This document shows, in pieces, positions 40,956 to 55,819 of a stretch of 64,000 nt of DNA. Position 1 is the stretch's first letter, and each line of letters starts with the position of its first letter. A program made the position numbers and the translations under genes. The DNA is from Octopus vulgaris. Taxonomy: Eukaryota. The notes beneath the pieces were generated by a model. That model had not been told where the DNA came from, made no database searches, and saw only the letters and a list, made by a program, of their open reading frames with translations. The stretch is from the NCBI GenBank assembly GCA_951406725.2, contig OX597820.1:84320001-84384000 (forward strand), written 5' to 3'.

Positions 40956-42035
40956 GACATATAAAATTAGATAAAAAAAACATATGTGCACTCATTCACA
41001 GACATACCTATACATGTGTCTTGTGTTGTGTGTGTCTTTGTCTGTGTGTCACATTCCGTTCCAAATATATAATATGTAATAATAGTGGTAGTCATTCGCT
41101 ATATTACTTAATATACTTGAATAATATATCGCTGAACGTATAATCGGTGGTGTGGAAATTAACTCGGAACCATCTCGAATATTCTTTGAGTCACCGTCAT
41201 GGTTGCATTAATATGTTTTATTTTGTTACACGAATCCTGTTCTTACATAATCCATTGAAATGATATATGTCTATCATTTCTTCCCAACTCTACTGGAATC
41301 GATCCTTATCCTAGGGTTTCTGGACTAATTCTAACGATGATATTGTTTAATTATTATTTCTTCACAGCTATTTGGAACCCTTCTCAATAGTGCTTGTTGT
41401 CAGTTCTACGTAAGTATTTCAGACACATAATATGTTGTTAAGGCGCTCTATATATACTGCAAACCAGGACGAGCCATCTAAAACAAGGTATACTAATATA
41501 AATGTTAGCGATACAATATATATAGAAAGGCCTATGCTTTCATACATAATCACTGACATAATCGTGAAACATCTCCGATTTATTGGTGCAAATAAGGTGC
41601 ACAGGCGGAGTGAATGTATATTCTCATATTTATTTAAATCATATAATGATAATTATAAGTATATAAAAGTGATTTCACCACAAATATCTTCTAATATGCT
41701 CACACACACGCACCAAACATAATTATTTTGAAGAAAATAACATTATGCTACTAGATAAAACAATGAACTTGCGATGATACTGTCTTCGTAGGTTCTGCAA
41801 GATGTTTATAAGACACGAGTGCCATATATCCTTTGCTTCAGAGACAAAAAATATTGCTTAAATCTATATCCGATAGAACAGGGCATAATGTTTCACGGGC
41901 AGCTAAGGCGCACAACTAAATCAGAATTTTAAGACAGGGATATTATTTACAGCAATTATTTTTAGATATGTCGAACAATATTCTTCTATATATCTCTCAC
42001 CCTTTTGACTACGTCCGTTTCCCTCTCCTTCATTG

Positions 42036-42066
<31 letters not shown>

Positions 42067-43679
42067 TGGTGCGTGTATGTGTATGTGTGCGTGTTCGTGT
42101 GTTTGATATAAAACCGGATTATATTATATTACGTCATGTTCGTTATTTAGTGTGACAATATACATGTGTATGTCTTTGTTTGCTGTCTCCAACCGCAATC
42201 AACCCGCTAAAGCAAATATACCTTTCTCACATCAGATACATGCATACACAAGTGAATGATATAATGAATATACTTTAAAAAAATTAAGGATATTTGTCTC
42301 CTCTTACAATCACTAATTCAATTACATACACCACACACATTCGATAGACAAGCATACACATACATACACTTGTTTGTAAATTTGCGTACAGCATAATTTT
42401 ACAATTTCGAAAGTGTAGCTTCTGAAGTTTACAACAAAAATCCTTCAACAAAAATATAAATATTTTTTCTTAAATTTCTCATAAAAATAATCAGAAATCA
42501 CATTTTCCACCTGAAAATCTATAGTAACAAAAAAAAAAATTGATACCAAAATATAACAACTTTATATATAAAAAAATAATGAACTGAATTAAAACCTATT
42601 TATTGAATAAACTCGTAAAGGCAATAACTGGACTGAAATAAATATGTAAGCAACAATTGATGAAAACTTGAAAAAACATAGACAAAAAACATAATAATGT
42701 CTCTTAAATATTTTTCTCCCTTCAATCATCATAATCAGAAGAGTGGCAATAAATATTGGTAATAAATATGAATATCGAATGGCATTAGTAAAGGTGTGAA
42801 TGAATATTAATGCTTATGTGTATTCATATATATGTAAGTGCAAATGTAGGGTGTTTTGGTATATATGCCAGAATGCATATTCAAATGTATCCTGTCATGT
42901 ATATATCTGGGTGCATGTAAAATGAATGATGAATTACATATACATATACATACACAGATGCATATATATGTGTGTGTTCCAGTTTGTGCGCGTGTGTGCT
43001 TGTATATCTGTGTATGTACTTAATATAAATATGTATAATTATATGTGTGTGTCCCTGATACCGCGGGGTACAAAATTACGCATAAGACTCTATATATGTG
43101 TGTGAGTGTGTGTGTTTATGTATATATGTATGTATATGTATGTATATATATATGTGTATTTATATATACGTATATATATGCATGTATATGTATATATATA
43201 TATATATAATTATATGTATATATATATATATGTATATATATATATACATATATCTCTATATGCATATATATATATATATATATACATATATCTCTATATG
43301 TATATATATAAATATATATGTATGTATTTATGTATGTATACTTACACACATATACACATACATATATCTTACAATTATATAATGCTATCTCGATATAAAG
43401 GTGTGTAAGGATGGCTGTGTGTATGTATAAGGACATAAACATATAGGTTTGCTTTTATGATTTACAGGGTTAATTTCATGATTTGAAGCTTAAGTGTATG
43501 AGGAGAGGACGATTTAAAAATTAAAAAAATAAACCATATTTTTCTATGAAATTGTTTCGGATATTTCCTTCTTATTTTGATTCTGGTATACATGTATTTT
43601 TGGTATGTTTGCATATATTTGTTTCTAAATGTATATTTAGCATAAAAAATCCATTATCATGTAATTTTGTAACAAATTG

Positions 43680-45164
43680 AAAACTAGCTTCAAGCATTAT
43701 ATTTAATTTTAATGTGCTTTCTTTCACTAAATGCTATGCAAATGCCATTAAAATGGTATCCCCTTTACGCATATGAATATTCCGAGATAGTTTCCCCCAT
43801 ATTAATTCAACTAACTGAATATTCTCATTCACATTCTGCATGTAGTCAACCCGTTAGAGATTTAGTCGAAATGTAATTCCACAAAGATAAACGACAATAC
43901 ACTTATTGTGTTATTTAAAAAAAATGTTTAGTCCCCATTGCATAGATATTGAATCCTCGCCAGAAATCCTTAAATGTACATTTTGTCGCGTAATTGTGAT
44001 AGACGCAACCCGATACTGCACATTTCAAAAGGAGAAATAGTATCATTTTTGCCATTATATAGTAAGATACAAATTGATCCGTATATTTCGATGGGCATTA
44101 GGTAACATTTGTGAAGATAATAGTAATATGGTTAGACGTACGAACAAACATTAGACCACAATCCTAAATTATTTCTTCCAGTAATTTTTCTCCATCATAT
44201 CACCATACCGTGATTTAGCGATTTTGTCACACACTTTAAAAGAATAAAGTTTACTTAGATTTAAGAACTTACGGATGAAAGTTATGTTAATTCTATTTTA
44301 TAGTCATATATACATACAGAAGATAAAATGATCGAAAGTGTCTTCAAATTTCTAACTTGTACCGTGTTCCTCAGGCAGCAAGTTTTGGTGTTTAATATAT
44401 CGTTATACTCATTTGGGTTCCCCTTTTAGCTGGATAGCTTTACAGAGATATAAGCGCGATGTAGATATACTTACACACAGACATCCCTCTCTCTCTTCAC
44501 TCTCTCGCACACACTCAACTTTTCTGTCTATCTATATCTATATATATTTTTATCTATCTATCTCTCAATCTATCTATCCATCCATTTATCCATCTAGCTA
44601 GTTAACGAAATTCCTAACGACGTCTAATTCAGTACGAGGGGGAAAATATTCGAACCTTTAGCATCCAAATCTTCCCCTTGAAAATACATAAACTAAAATA
44701 GTATTTCAGACAAGTACTTTGTATAATCAATTACTTAAAAAGTATACAGTGATGCCCAAATTAAATCACGTCAGCAAAGAATCACAATGTAGTCATTAAC
44801 ATGCAAAAGAATAGAAAGAACAAAGAAAATATTCTAACATCACCTTCCGTATTTTTATCTTTTTTTGTCATCAGAAATCTTTTTACAGGTTGGAAATGAA
44901 ACCTTCTTAGTGTAGTGTACACAATTTTTATTTTTTCCGCTTCAAATTTTAATTCAGTAACAAAAATGTAAAAAAAAAAAAATCTTCACAGAACAAAGTT
45001 TAGTACCTTATCGAAAACTAGTATCACGTATCATGGTTTCAGTTTGAAATCACTAAATGTTATGCAAGTACCATTAAAATGGTATCAACTTTACGCTTAT
45101 GAATCTTCCGAGATCATTTCCTTCAACTAATGGAACATTCTGATCCACATTCTGCATGTAGTCA
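43680..45164 (+). repeat. Diverged ~150-170-bp direct repeat pair (43680-43848 and 45014-45164)
   Basis: Both contain tcactaaatg.tatgcaa..ccattaaaatggtatc..ctttacgc.tatgaat.ttccgagat...cacattctgcatgtagtca. Confidence 0.85.
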
Positions 45165-45899
45165 TATCCATGTTCATACACGACGAATTATTGCCGTATA
45201 CAATTCTCAACAATTATAAATTCTATTCACGAATCCTCGCAAAATATAGTATGCATGGAGCTACTTTTCCAAACTAGTACTGTGACGCAGCAAACAGAAT
45301 TCTCCACATTACATGTTACAACAAAAGATAGAGGACTATCTCAGTCATTTATATTTCTTGATAAGTCTCTCAAATAATATAAAATCATCAGGTCGGATAA
45401 TATCAGAAGAACAATATCGGAATGGAAAATGGAACAACACTAAGATGTTTGAGATATTTTGTATGATATATTACTGGGATATGTATTGTAGTCATATATA
45501 TATATATATGTATATATATTGTGATCTCTCTACTTCAGTAGGAGAAAAGTGGAATTTTACGCCCTCAGTAATAGAAAATTATCCCTTAATCCGTGAAAAA
45601 TCCTGGGTTATCGTTTTTGATCATTTGAAAACAAAAACATATATTATAAACAAAAGACTAAACATGGTTTCAGCGCTTTTCAGATTTTACTGGCTACGGT
45701 TGTAAAAGTTGCAGTAGAAACTGCAGAGTTGTTTCTAAATATATTTGTTGTTGCAACAAAATACATCTCAAATTTTAGATTGTATTAGTGTTTGCTGATT
45801 GCACGAGTTAATCGAAGAATACGTGTGTATAAATACATTTTGCGCATTTTGTAAGAAGATTAGCTGTATCAGGCAGTGTAGCGTATTTGCGGAAGATTG

Positions 45900-46345
45900 C
45901 ACTATATTGAGGGATAGAGGGAGCAATGTTTGTACCATAGGTTGGACATCATCAGCCAAAATATTCAGATAATTCTTCTTGTCTAATCAGAACAAGAATT
46001 CCATGATATGACAAGTTTTACAGGGCTGTCTTCATGCTTTGTGTTAGTCGGAATTAAAGGATTCCTTGGATCACCTCCAGATATAAACTTCCAGATAATT
46101 GTGAGAAAGGATAAAAGTTGATTCATCACAAATGATGACATTGTTTCATTGTTCTACTGATAGTGTACATTATATTTGATATTACAGATGAGAGGAGAGT
46201 TTTAAAAATTGCCGACTTAGAATTTTGGTAGGCACAAGTCTGACAATGTCGTGGTTGAACTCTACTGTCCTTTTGAGGAACTAGTTCCAAGGTTTTGAGA
46301 CACTATGTGTGTCCGTATTCTGCGGTCCCTTTGTGAGTTTCGACT
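45900..46345 (-). mobile_element. Tc1-like transposase fossil
   Basis: Minus strand YLNILADDVQPMVQTL resembles the Tc1 DDE-domain helix; upstream degenerate catalytic-region remnants. Confidence 0.5.
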
Positions 46346-46459
46346 ATCCACAAACATGCTTGCTAATGTAGGTTTTAGTTTGGTATATGAATTATTTTAA
46401 TATTTTATACTTACATACGTTTCAACCCTAAGAATATGGCCGTGCTGAAGCACTGTCAG

Positions 46460-46890
46460 TGTAATCTCCTTCTGAATGGCTATTCTGAATATGATTGATC
46501 ATCCGTGAATGAGGAAGTTTGACACTGCTGCCCTCGTTTGAATGTTTTGCCTTCATATAGGTTCATCTGGGACCTTGGTCTGTAGGCGATCAAGTTGTTT
46601 TTTGAAAATATCTATCCTTACAGCATGAAGATATCTCAATTGTTTTGGCAAGGTGTTAACTAGCTGTGGGTCCTTGAATCCAAAGCTAGACGGGGTAGCT
46701 GGAATTTTTGGAACAGTGGCAGCAACGTCCATTTCCGGGGTTAGTATGGCTCTCGACGCGAAAGTATGGGACCAACCCCTTCAGGATCTTCTATAAATAT
46801 ATCACTGCATACCTCTACTGGCTTCGCTCCAGTGAGTAGAATTGTAGCGCTTTTAGTCTCTCCCAGTAGCTTAACTGCTCCATTGATACA
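46460..46890 (-). mobile_element. CR1-type LINE 3' fragment
   Basis: Minus strand MEQLSYWERLKALQFYSLERSQ*RYAVIYL*KILKGLVP, then GFKDPQLVNTLP..LR...FKKQLD..VPDEP. Confidence 0.78.
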
Positions 46891-47174
46891 AAAATGAACG
46901 TGATTTTAGTGACGATACCCCTCCAAACATTATATAATTCAGCAATTTTATTGACTGAAGCTTCAACAGTTTGTTGTCTTTAGATTTCAGATATGTCAAG
47001 GATTATCATTTATTTAAATGATGTAATATATAAGTGTCAAAGTTTCTGTTTAAATGCAGATTTGTGGAGAGATCTCTATAAATAATTTGCGTTATATGTA
47101 TTCGTATCTTTATGCGTGTACGTCTGTGTGCATTGTGTATACATATATGTAAGCAAACAACTATTTCGTGAAAA

Positions 47175-48461
47175 TACGAGGTTGGGCTAAAAGGTTCATA
47201 GGCTAACTATTAAGGAATAATACTAGAGCTGTGAAGTATAACATGCATTAAGTACAACTGTTCTTATAAATTACTGTAATGTTTCATTCCAGGAAAATGT
47301 CATCTGATAATTCACAAAGGATATTAAATATACAAAAGAGAGACTTCTCTTGAAAACGAACAAAATTTGGCAGTGTGGTGTTATCAGTTAACTGCAGAAA
47401 AAGCATTTACCCTCAACAGACATTGATGATGACATGATTGCTATATTAGAGATTAGCCCACCAGATTGCAATAATGGGCAGCTGAATTTAGAAGAAGAAG
47501 GGTAAGTCTTGAAGATGAAGGCCTGGCTGTCCTCAAACTGCCATCACCAAGGAAAAGTTTGATCGTGTTCATGATATGGTGATGGATGAAAGGGAATTGA
47601 CTATAAAACCGATAGCTAATGATATTAGTATAGCCTATTAGGGAGTTGAGAACATTCTGCACAAGAATTTTGACATGAGGAAAGCTGCCACTCGGCGTTT
47701 GCCACGTCTTCTGACTTGATCAAAAGCACACCAGGATGATCGTATCAGATGAAAATCTGACATTTTATATGGAAGATCTAACTGGCTCACGTGCACTTTT
47801 TCTGAACCAGGATGAACGTTGGTATAATCACTTTAACCCAGAGACAAGGAAACAATTCAGGCAATGAAAACATCTCTCCTTACGGGCTCCAAAGAACGCC
47901 AAAGTCGTTTAATCTTCAGGGAATACGATGGCCTTTTTTGTGGAGCATGTAAAAATAATTTGGTTTATTGACTGTCCATTGATATTGTGGCCATTTTATT
48001 CAATGGAGAGAGGTACGTCAACTTCCTGAGGTGGTTGAGAAAGGTACTCAAAACCAACCTCCCAGGAAAACTGATAGAAAGTTTTTGTTTCATCAAGCCA
48101 ATGCACAAACTACTAGGCCTTCGTTTCAATTGTTGCATTTGTGTGACTGTGGCTTTCAACTAGTTCATCATACTCTCCATACTCCTTATTTAGTCCCATC
48201 TGATAATCATTTGTTCCTCAAGTTAAAAAAAACATTCGTCTTACAACCAGTATTGCAGTGATGACGAGATCATATCTACTGTTGATCACTATTTTTGACC
48301 AACCGGATGAAAGCTCCTTTACCAAAGGGATCGAGGCACTGCAATGCTGATGGGAGAACGTTGTGTACCGTAAGGAGGGCTATGTTGAAAAATAACCTCA
48401 TTGGGTCATATTCCATGAGAATGTATTGGCCAGCCTACGAACTTTTCAACCAACGTGCGTA
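47175..48461 (+). mobile_element. Full-length degenerate mariner transposon (~1.29 kb) with TIRs and TA flanks
   Basis: TIR-like TACGAGGTTGGGCTAAAAGGTTCATAGGCT / AGCCTACGAACTTTTCAACCAACGTGCGTA. Transposase remnants DERWYNHFNPET, FHQANA, TPYLVPSDNHLF; many stops. Confidence 0.88.
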
Positions 48462-50947
48462 TTTGGTTAGGTTTCAGTATTGCAAATATAAACCACATTG
48501 TATACACAGCGGGAGTACTAGGCTTCAAATTATAAAAATTATGTATCAAAAGAACATTCAACGTTTTTTAAAATTTCCTGCTCTTTCATTCCTCCATTAT
48601 TGACTCCCATTTTCTTCCTATCAAGCTTGATTTAAAAAACAACTCATATTGAAACTATTCGAACATCAGTACAAATGTCCCTACAAAAGTATATTGTGCT
48701 ATGACAGAGTAAGAAATCAATATTTAATGTTATCAGAACCAATCAATGACATTCTATTGTATATTAGCTATTGGTGATAGATTTAAACTGGAACACTGGC
48801 TTAGTTAGTATGATATTATTCGAAAATCTGAAAATACTGTATGTTCGCATTGTGACTTTGAACCCATTGTTCTACTTCGAAGAATCACACACTTTCTATT
48901 AACAGGCGTCGGTTGACAATACGATAAATATGTAGTATTGTTCATAGTTTGAATACCAGTTCAAATCAGATTTAATCAAAGTTGCACATCTCATGTGCAG
49001 TAAAGATCAAATCGATGTGAATAACCACTTTTAAAATTATACAATAAGAAATGTGTGCTAAAATGATACAGACAGAACAAAACAAAATGCGTAATCTTTC
49101 ATTGTGCACAGAATTGTAAGAAACTATTTAAAATCTTACAATTTTTTTGTTTCTTACCAAACATCTCGTTTAACAGATATTCTGCCATATGTTAAGAATT
49201 TACTATAGCTCCATATATGTATCAGATTTATTATGAAAGTCGTAATGCCACTTTTATTTCATTTTCATAATAAAATAGATCCTTCGGTAGCATTACTTTG
49301 GTTCTTTACATTTTTCTAAAATATTGGAATATGAGGATTAAAAGAAATTGGGACGTATTAGCATCAATTAGAAAATACTATATTTTGAACTGTAAACATA
49401 TGTCTTAGAGGCTATTCTATGCAGTTATGAATGCAGTATATTGAATTCCCTCGTTTCTCCGTGTGTGTGTCTAGCAAAATAGAGCTGAATTATGTTCTCA
49501 GTTTAACGTTTTGTCGTGTTATTTCATGTTGGACTTTAGGTTTCTCCAGCTTTGCAGATGTGTTTCCCGATGTTTCACTAGTGGTCACCATTCATTTAGA
49601 GGTATATTGGACTCGGCTTTAAACTTACAGCAATATTCTCTCTCTATCTCTCCTCGTCACCTTTTTTCCTATCGCCATTGGACTTACAAAGAAAGATGTT
49701 GCTGGTACTGCTACCGTTGTTGCTGAACAAACTGAATGATGAGTCCTATTTTTCATAATAGACATGATTTGTACAGAGCCAATCCTACCCTCTCCTCTTT
49801 CAAATTTGTATTGATCTGGTGCAATAAGCGACACGGCTCACGTAGGTAGCAGGATGCAAAATTTGAATAGCTATACCTTTATTTTCATGAGCAGGTAAAA
49901 GGCCGAGTAACCGTATCTACGCGACATCCTTTAGTGTGTCTACAAATAACCTAATTCTGGAGAGAATTTTGTACCATACTAACTAACCTATCGCTTGGTC
50001 ACTGATAGGTGCTACTATTCTCGATTACGGTATACTTAAAGAAAATTGTGCTTAAGATATGTGTTCATACTCATCAAGACAAGCCCCGCAACTGGATGTA
50101 GTTTCAAGTCATATTTAGGAGTACATGCAGAGTAAACACCGTAAATTGAACGAGTGTTTTATCTGCTATGTTGTGTTCAAATGTGTTCATAGTACATGAT
50201 ATGTTGAAATAAGTCACGTAACGCTAACAGATGAGCAGAAAATAATTGCTTGAGAACAATGCAATACAAGATAAATATATATGTGATATCATTCTATTTT
50301 AGTAGATATATAAATTTTACGTGGTTCTCACCTAAACATTCTAAATTATATATCTACCCCATACTCTCATACTCTTAAGTATGTTGTTATCCATAAATAC
50401 ATGACGGGGGTTTCACGATTGTAGAAGGGCACATATAGTTAAATAGTTTAATGAGTGACTATGATAAGAATGCTCGAGGTGGTGAAGAGTACAGCAAAGA
50501 TGGATATTTTCGAGTATTCTGTGGAATATAAATATTACAAGAAGCAAACACCAGTAATGAATTCCGTCATACGAACGAATAGCGGTTGGGGCAGTTATTA
50601 GAAACTCAGGCAGAAAGCCTCACTGTATTTGTGCCGAGTCTTTACACGCTTAATCAGCCCAAAAATATACCGATCCAAGGCGGATTCATTCAGCTATAAC
50701 AGCGTACGACTGGAGTTTTAATCCTGCTATGCTTCTGTTGGGTGGTAAACATAACGTCGCCACCTTTCCGTACATTCTTTTCATGGAATCGAATCCGTTG
50801 CATGCACTCCTACCTATTTGTCTGTCTGTGTGCCTGTGAGTCTGCCTGTGTGTCTGTTTATATGTATGTATGTATGTATCAACCTGTCTATCTAATTATC
50901 TCTCTTTTTCTCCCTCTCCTCTGTTTCCATCTCTCTACAGAAGATGC

Positions 50948-50954
50948 GAGAGAG

Positions 50955-50985
<31 letters not shown>

Positions 50986-50989
50986 AAAA

Positions 50990-51045
<56 letters not shown>

Positions 51046-51060
51046 ATGAGAGAGAGAGAA
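50948..51060. repeat. (GAAA)n/(GA)n microsatellite
   Basis: Directly visible. Confidence 0.95.
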
Positions 51061-51074
51061 GTTCATACATTGAC

Positions 51075-51745
51075 TATGAGGAAGTGATGCCGCAGCTGAG
51101 AAATCTTTAATGCTCTAATTTCAACTTTTCTTATTAAAAACTGCATTGCTTCCTTCCAGGGGTACTGATATCTGACTGTTTAAAGAAGACTTCAGAACTA
51201 ACTAGTCATGACTCCTCTTGAAAATGGACAAAATTTGGTATCGTTCTGTTATTGAGTACCTGCAGAAAAGACTTTTATCCCGCCAAAACATTCATGGTGA
51301 TATGTTTGCTACATTAGGTAATGAGGCTTCAATATTAACAACAATGCAAAAGTGGACAGTTAAACTTAAAAGACGAAGGGAGAATCTTGTCGATGACCCA
51401 AGTTTTGGATGTCCTGCACCTGCCACCGCCCACAAAGATATTGATCGTTTTCACCACATGGTAATGGATAACAGGCATTGGACTATAAATCAATTTTCCT
51501 GATTTTTCCCCATCTGAGTATCATCTGTTCTCCAACATGATAAAACTCTTGAATGGGAGCAAGTATTGCAGCAATGATGATGTCATATCTACAGTTGTTG
51601 TCGTTGTCGACCGAAACGATAAAAATGTCATCACGAATGGGATCCAATCACAGAAACAACGGCTGAAGAAGTGTGTTGACAAATAAACCCTATTTTTTTA
51701 CATTCCATGAAAGTATCTTGATCAGACTATAAACTTTTCAGCGGA
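51075..51745 (+). mobile_element. Internally deleted mariner related to 47175-48461
   Basis: N-terminal HTH MDKIWYRSVIEYLQK..MQKW..KRRRENLVDDP joined to PDFSPSEYHLF; 3' TIR-like atcagactataaacttttcagc. Confidence 0.82.
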
Positions 51746-51999
51746 GTCATTTATTAGAATTTGATTCAAATGTCTTTTTGTTCTTTTTTTTTTATTTCTT
51801 TGATGGTTACTGGAGAAAGTGAATCAACATGATGCTATATAATAAATGTGTTGTCCATTCGTAGCAGAAATGTTTATGTTTAATATCATATATCATATAT
51901 GAACATGAAGGTTTGTGTCACTGCTCATCAAATTCCGAAAACCAGCTTTGGAAATTAGTGGTGAAAAAATAGCCGTTAGAGATAACTCATGCTACCATT

Positions 52000-52620
52000 G
52001 AAAACAAAATATATGTTTGTGCAAATGCAAAACGAAAAATAAATTATGTGAAAGACTCAGGGACAGTCAACTAACATGCGGCAGATGACTGCTTCAGTCG
52101 TTCCAAGGAAAAAGGGTGACATTAACTTGTAAGACAAATGGAGGTCAGGGAGATTTTCTGTTGTCAAAGGATGGTGTGATCTGAAGATTATGCTGTTTGC
52201 TGGAATTCCGAGTTGGTGTTGCACTTTATGATTGTCTCAGATCATCACAATTCATATACAAATTTCATGCTCAATAACTACAGCGATATTGAAAAACCAC
52301 TAACCGGCATTGGTCAATCCAAGACCATGACTGACTCAGCATGACATTGACCTAGCTTAACAGCCAAGGGCAAACTTGGAAAACCTGAAGGGTTGCAAGT
52401 GCTGCATCACTCTGCCTACTGTCCACCTCTCGCATCCCTTACCGAGCCATGACTTATTTCCTGCACGGTTAGAGGTTCGAGAATATGGATAACGCTGGAA
52501 ACCTGTACAGGGAATTTTTGGCTTCTAAACTAGATAACTATTAATACAGAATTGAGCTACTGGCAAAAATATGGCAATAAACAGAATATGAATGGATATA
52601 CTTTTTAAAACTATTAATGA
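52000..52620 (+). mobile_element. Mariner transposase catalytic-domain fossil (different family)
   Basis: Remnants KIML..WNS..GV.HF, QHD, LQVLHHSAYCPPLAS across frameshifts. Confidence 0.6.
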
Positions 52621-52789
52621 AAATTTAAAATACGAAAGTACATTTAACTCAATGTAGTTTATGGAATATTCTTTCTTTGACTGTATTTCTCATTTGCATA
52701 TGAAACTATACCCAGGGTTACACATTGATATTTCTTAATTATTCAAAATAAACTTAATGTAGGGAATGAAATATGGAATATATGTTCTA

Positions 52790-53937
52790 ATCTAAATTGC
52801 CAATCCATTGCAGGAATTATATTTCAAAATTTTCGCCTTTGCCTTGATCATAGCCTGCAAACGAGTGGTCACTGAGTTGCCTGAACGCCGTACCACTTGT
52901 TCATCCAACTTGATCCATGAAGACAGAAGGGCTTTCTTCAGATTTTACACATTTGAATAGGAATGATCGGAAATTTTACTTTTTAAGAGCAACCAGAAAG
53001 CAAAGTCCATTGGATTGATGACTAGTACCCAAAACCGCTGACATGTTCTTTGAACACTTCTGTGTCAAATTGGATGTGTGGGCCGGAACCCGATCTTGAG
53101 TGAAGATGTAACGGTCACCATAGGTTTCTGTAACCCAGGGTAACACTTTCTCATCCAACATTTCCACATAAACTCCACTGTTGAACTTGACACCAGCATC
53201 AATGAAGGTCAAGGTAGACTTGGACCATCAGATGCAACTGCGGTCCACACCTTGAATGAAGCTGCCTTCTGACTGCTCAAATGAAACACGTTACCTTCGG
53301 GCAAGTCCACAGCATTACGTGCATAAGGCCTGTCGTTCTTCTATTAGTAACTGCCTCCACGGTGAAGATCTTCTCATCGGACAAGATCAACATTGTGTTA
53401 GTGGCGCGCTTCATATCAGCCAACATTGTTTTACCTCTGTCGAGCCGTTTCTTCTTGACAGCTGCTGGAATTAACTGTCGGGATGGTCTCATGTATACAT
53501 TTAATTTTAAATTGTCTTAAAAAATCTTGTGCCCTGACGATTTCGAAACATTACGAGATTTTGCAGTTTTTCTTGCACTCTTGCAAGGATTTCGGTTCAT
53601 TCGCTTCTTCACTGCTTCAACAGTTTGTTTGGTAGGAATTTATCATTTATCATATAAGAACTGACTTACCAGAAGTAGTAGTAGACGCCATATATCATTT
53701 CCAAATATTGAACACTGTTTTTCGGCACACGTTAAACTGTTTTGTTATGTCCCTGTTGCTCACTCCAGCTGTCCAGCTTTCGACGCCATATTTGTTTACA
53801 AACCTTTTAGTTTTACACTTATACACTGAACAAAATATATATGCAAATCCTCACGTAAAATGTAGATAATATTACCTAAACCGATATTCGTTACGGAGAG
53901 TTTTAAACATGGGTAAAACTTTGTGCGACACCATGTA
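52790..53937 (-). mobile_element. Tc1/mariner superfamily fossil (maT/DD37D-like)
   Basis: ILSDEKIFTVEA, FIDAGVKFNSGVYVEML..VLPW..YIFTQDRVPAHTS. Terminus TACATGGTGTCGCACAAAG next to (TA)n. Confidence 0.8.
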
Positions 53938-54673
53938 TACGTATATATATATATATATATATATATATAGGTCAGTTGAGATAGATGTTTAAACAATCGT
54001 CTAAGTGATAGAAGTATCCATTTTACTACCGGTACATTACCTATATATTATGCTAATAAATTATAGGTAAAGACAAGGATAAACTTGAGTTTAACAAGTG
54101 TCAAAATTTAAAGAAAGCAGAAAATGCAGAAATATTGATGAAGAACAATTGAATTACTTCAATTATTATTCATTAATTCAATAGAAATAGACTGTTTCCG
54201 ATCCAATGGCTGTTTTTACTTCCAATATTGTATGGTGTTGCGATTGATATGCTAAAAAATATTTATTATACATTGTAATAAAACCGATCTGAAACTTGGA
54301 GCTTCATCAGAATGAAGAATAAATAACAAGGAAAAGCCAGGAGGAGAAAACCGAAACGTTGGATGTGGTTGTAATCATACTATTTTGCTTGTGTATCTCT
54401 TGGGACGTTGTGTAAATTTGTTCTTCTGTAAATATGTTGAGAATGCGTGTTCAACACCGCATTTGTGGATAAAATTTCTTTATTTGTTTACTAAGTCTAC
54501 CTTTGGTTTTATGTTAAGTAAATATCTTAAAGTTAACAATTATTCATGAACACATCCATTGGCAGAATTGGAATATTTTTCATTAATGTTCTTACTTTGT
54601 GTTTCTCCATGGTATGTCTCCACTCCCTGTTAGTATTTTGTCCTTATACATGCATGCATACATACATACATAA

Positions 54674-54743
<70 letters not shown>

Positions 54744-54758
54744 ATATATTATATTTCA

Positions 54759-54815
<57 letters not shown>

Positions 54816-54908
54816 GAGAGAGGTAAAGTTTCTTAGTAATATGTGGTACCACCTTCTCTCGATTAAGTACAAGAGAATACAAACTTATTTATTTCCCTAA
54901 ATTCTTAA

Positions 54909-55500
54909 ATGATTAAATCAAAACCGCTTGTGAATGAGGCAGTGTTCCTTAATGCAAAGTTGATTGAATGTATGCTGAACAATGAAAGTGGAATCCAGTT
55001 TCTTGTGTACAGAGATCGTACACTACTAAAGGGTGTCATTCACTTTAAATGTCTTTGGTCATATATTTCCGACAGTATTTACGTCTCACTTGCACGCAAC
55101 GCAATAACCACGAGCCGTTTCAACAAACTCATAGATATCTTGTCACCAAATATTTCAAAGTAAAAAATGCTGGTATTATTTACAGATTTTGTAGAGAACG
55201 TGTTCGCCATTGTAGATGAAACTATGAAGTTGAAGATGACGCTTCGGAACCGTATGGACAATACGAATACTAAACTGTGCTTGATAGCTCGAGCAATATT
55301 ATGGCGCGATCACTTGGAAACGGATGAGATTTATGGACAGAGTCGATTCATTTTTACTTTTATTGATGAAAGCAATGTAGGACTTCTTGACAAGTCTCTA
55401 CTGAGTGATGAAGACTATATATTTACGGATATATTATTGTTAGAGTAACGTAACATGAAATTCAAGAGCTGCCAACGTAATTGTTTAACAAAATTTCTTT
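54909..55500 (+). mobile_element. Probable piggyBac-like transposase fossil
   Basis: Collinear remnants LW..SDSIYVSLARNAITTSRF, AIVDETM, EIYG, YIFTD match the order of piggyBac motifs (YWS..RNAMSRNRF, SIDE.M, IY.G, VYTDN). Stop at 55161-55163. Confidence 0.5.
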
Positions 55501-55819
55501 CGGACCAACGTGTCAAGCATCACTGCTGAAGCCACTTGTAAACGAAGAATCGAACTTCAATAGAATTAATGATGTTTGTAATTCAGAAGACACAATGTGC
55601 GAGTAGATAAGTAAATTATTAAATAATTGCAATTTTTCCATTATATTAGTTCTAACACTACAAGTCGTGTTTTGATTCTTATCTGTTTTAATCGATGGCC
55701 TAAGTATGAATAACAACTTAATCAACTCCATTATTCATAAAATTAACTCCATTATTAATTAAATCGGTGTGATTATCTATACGCTGAAATATAACCTAAT
55801 ATTTATGATAGCCTAAAAT

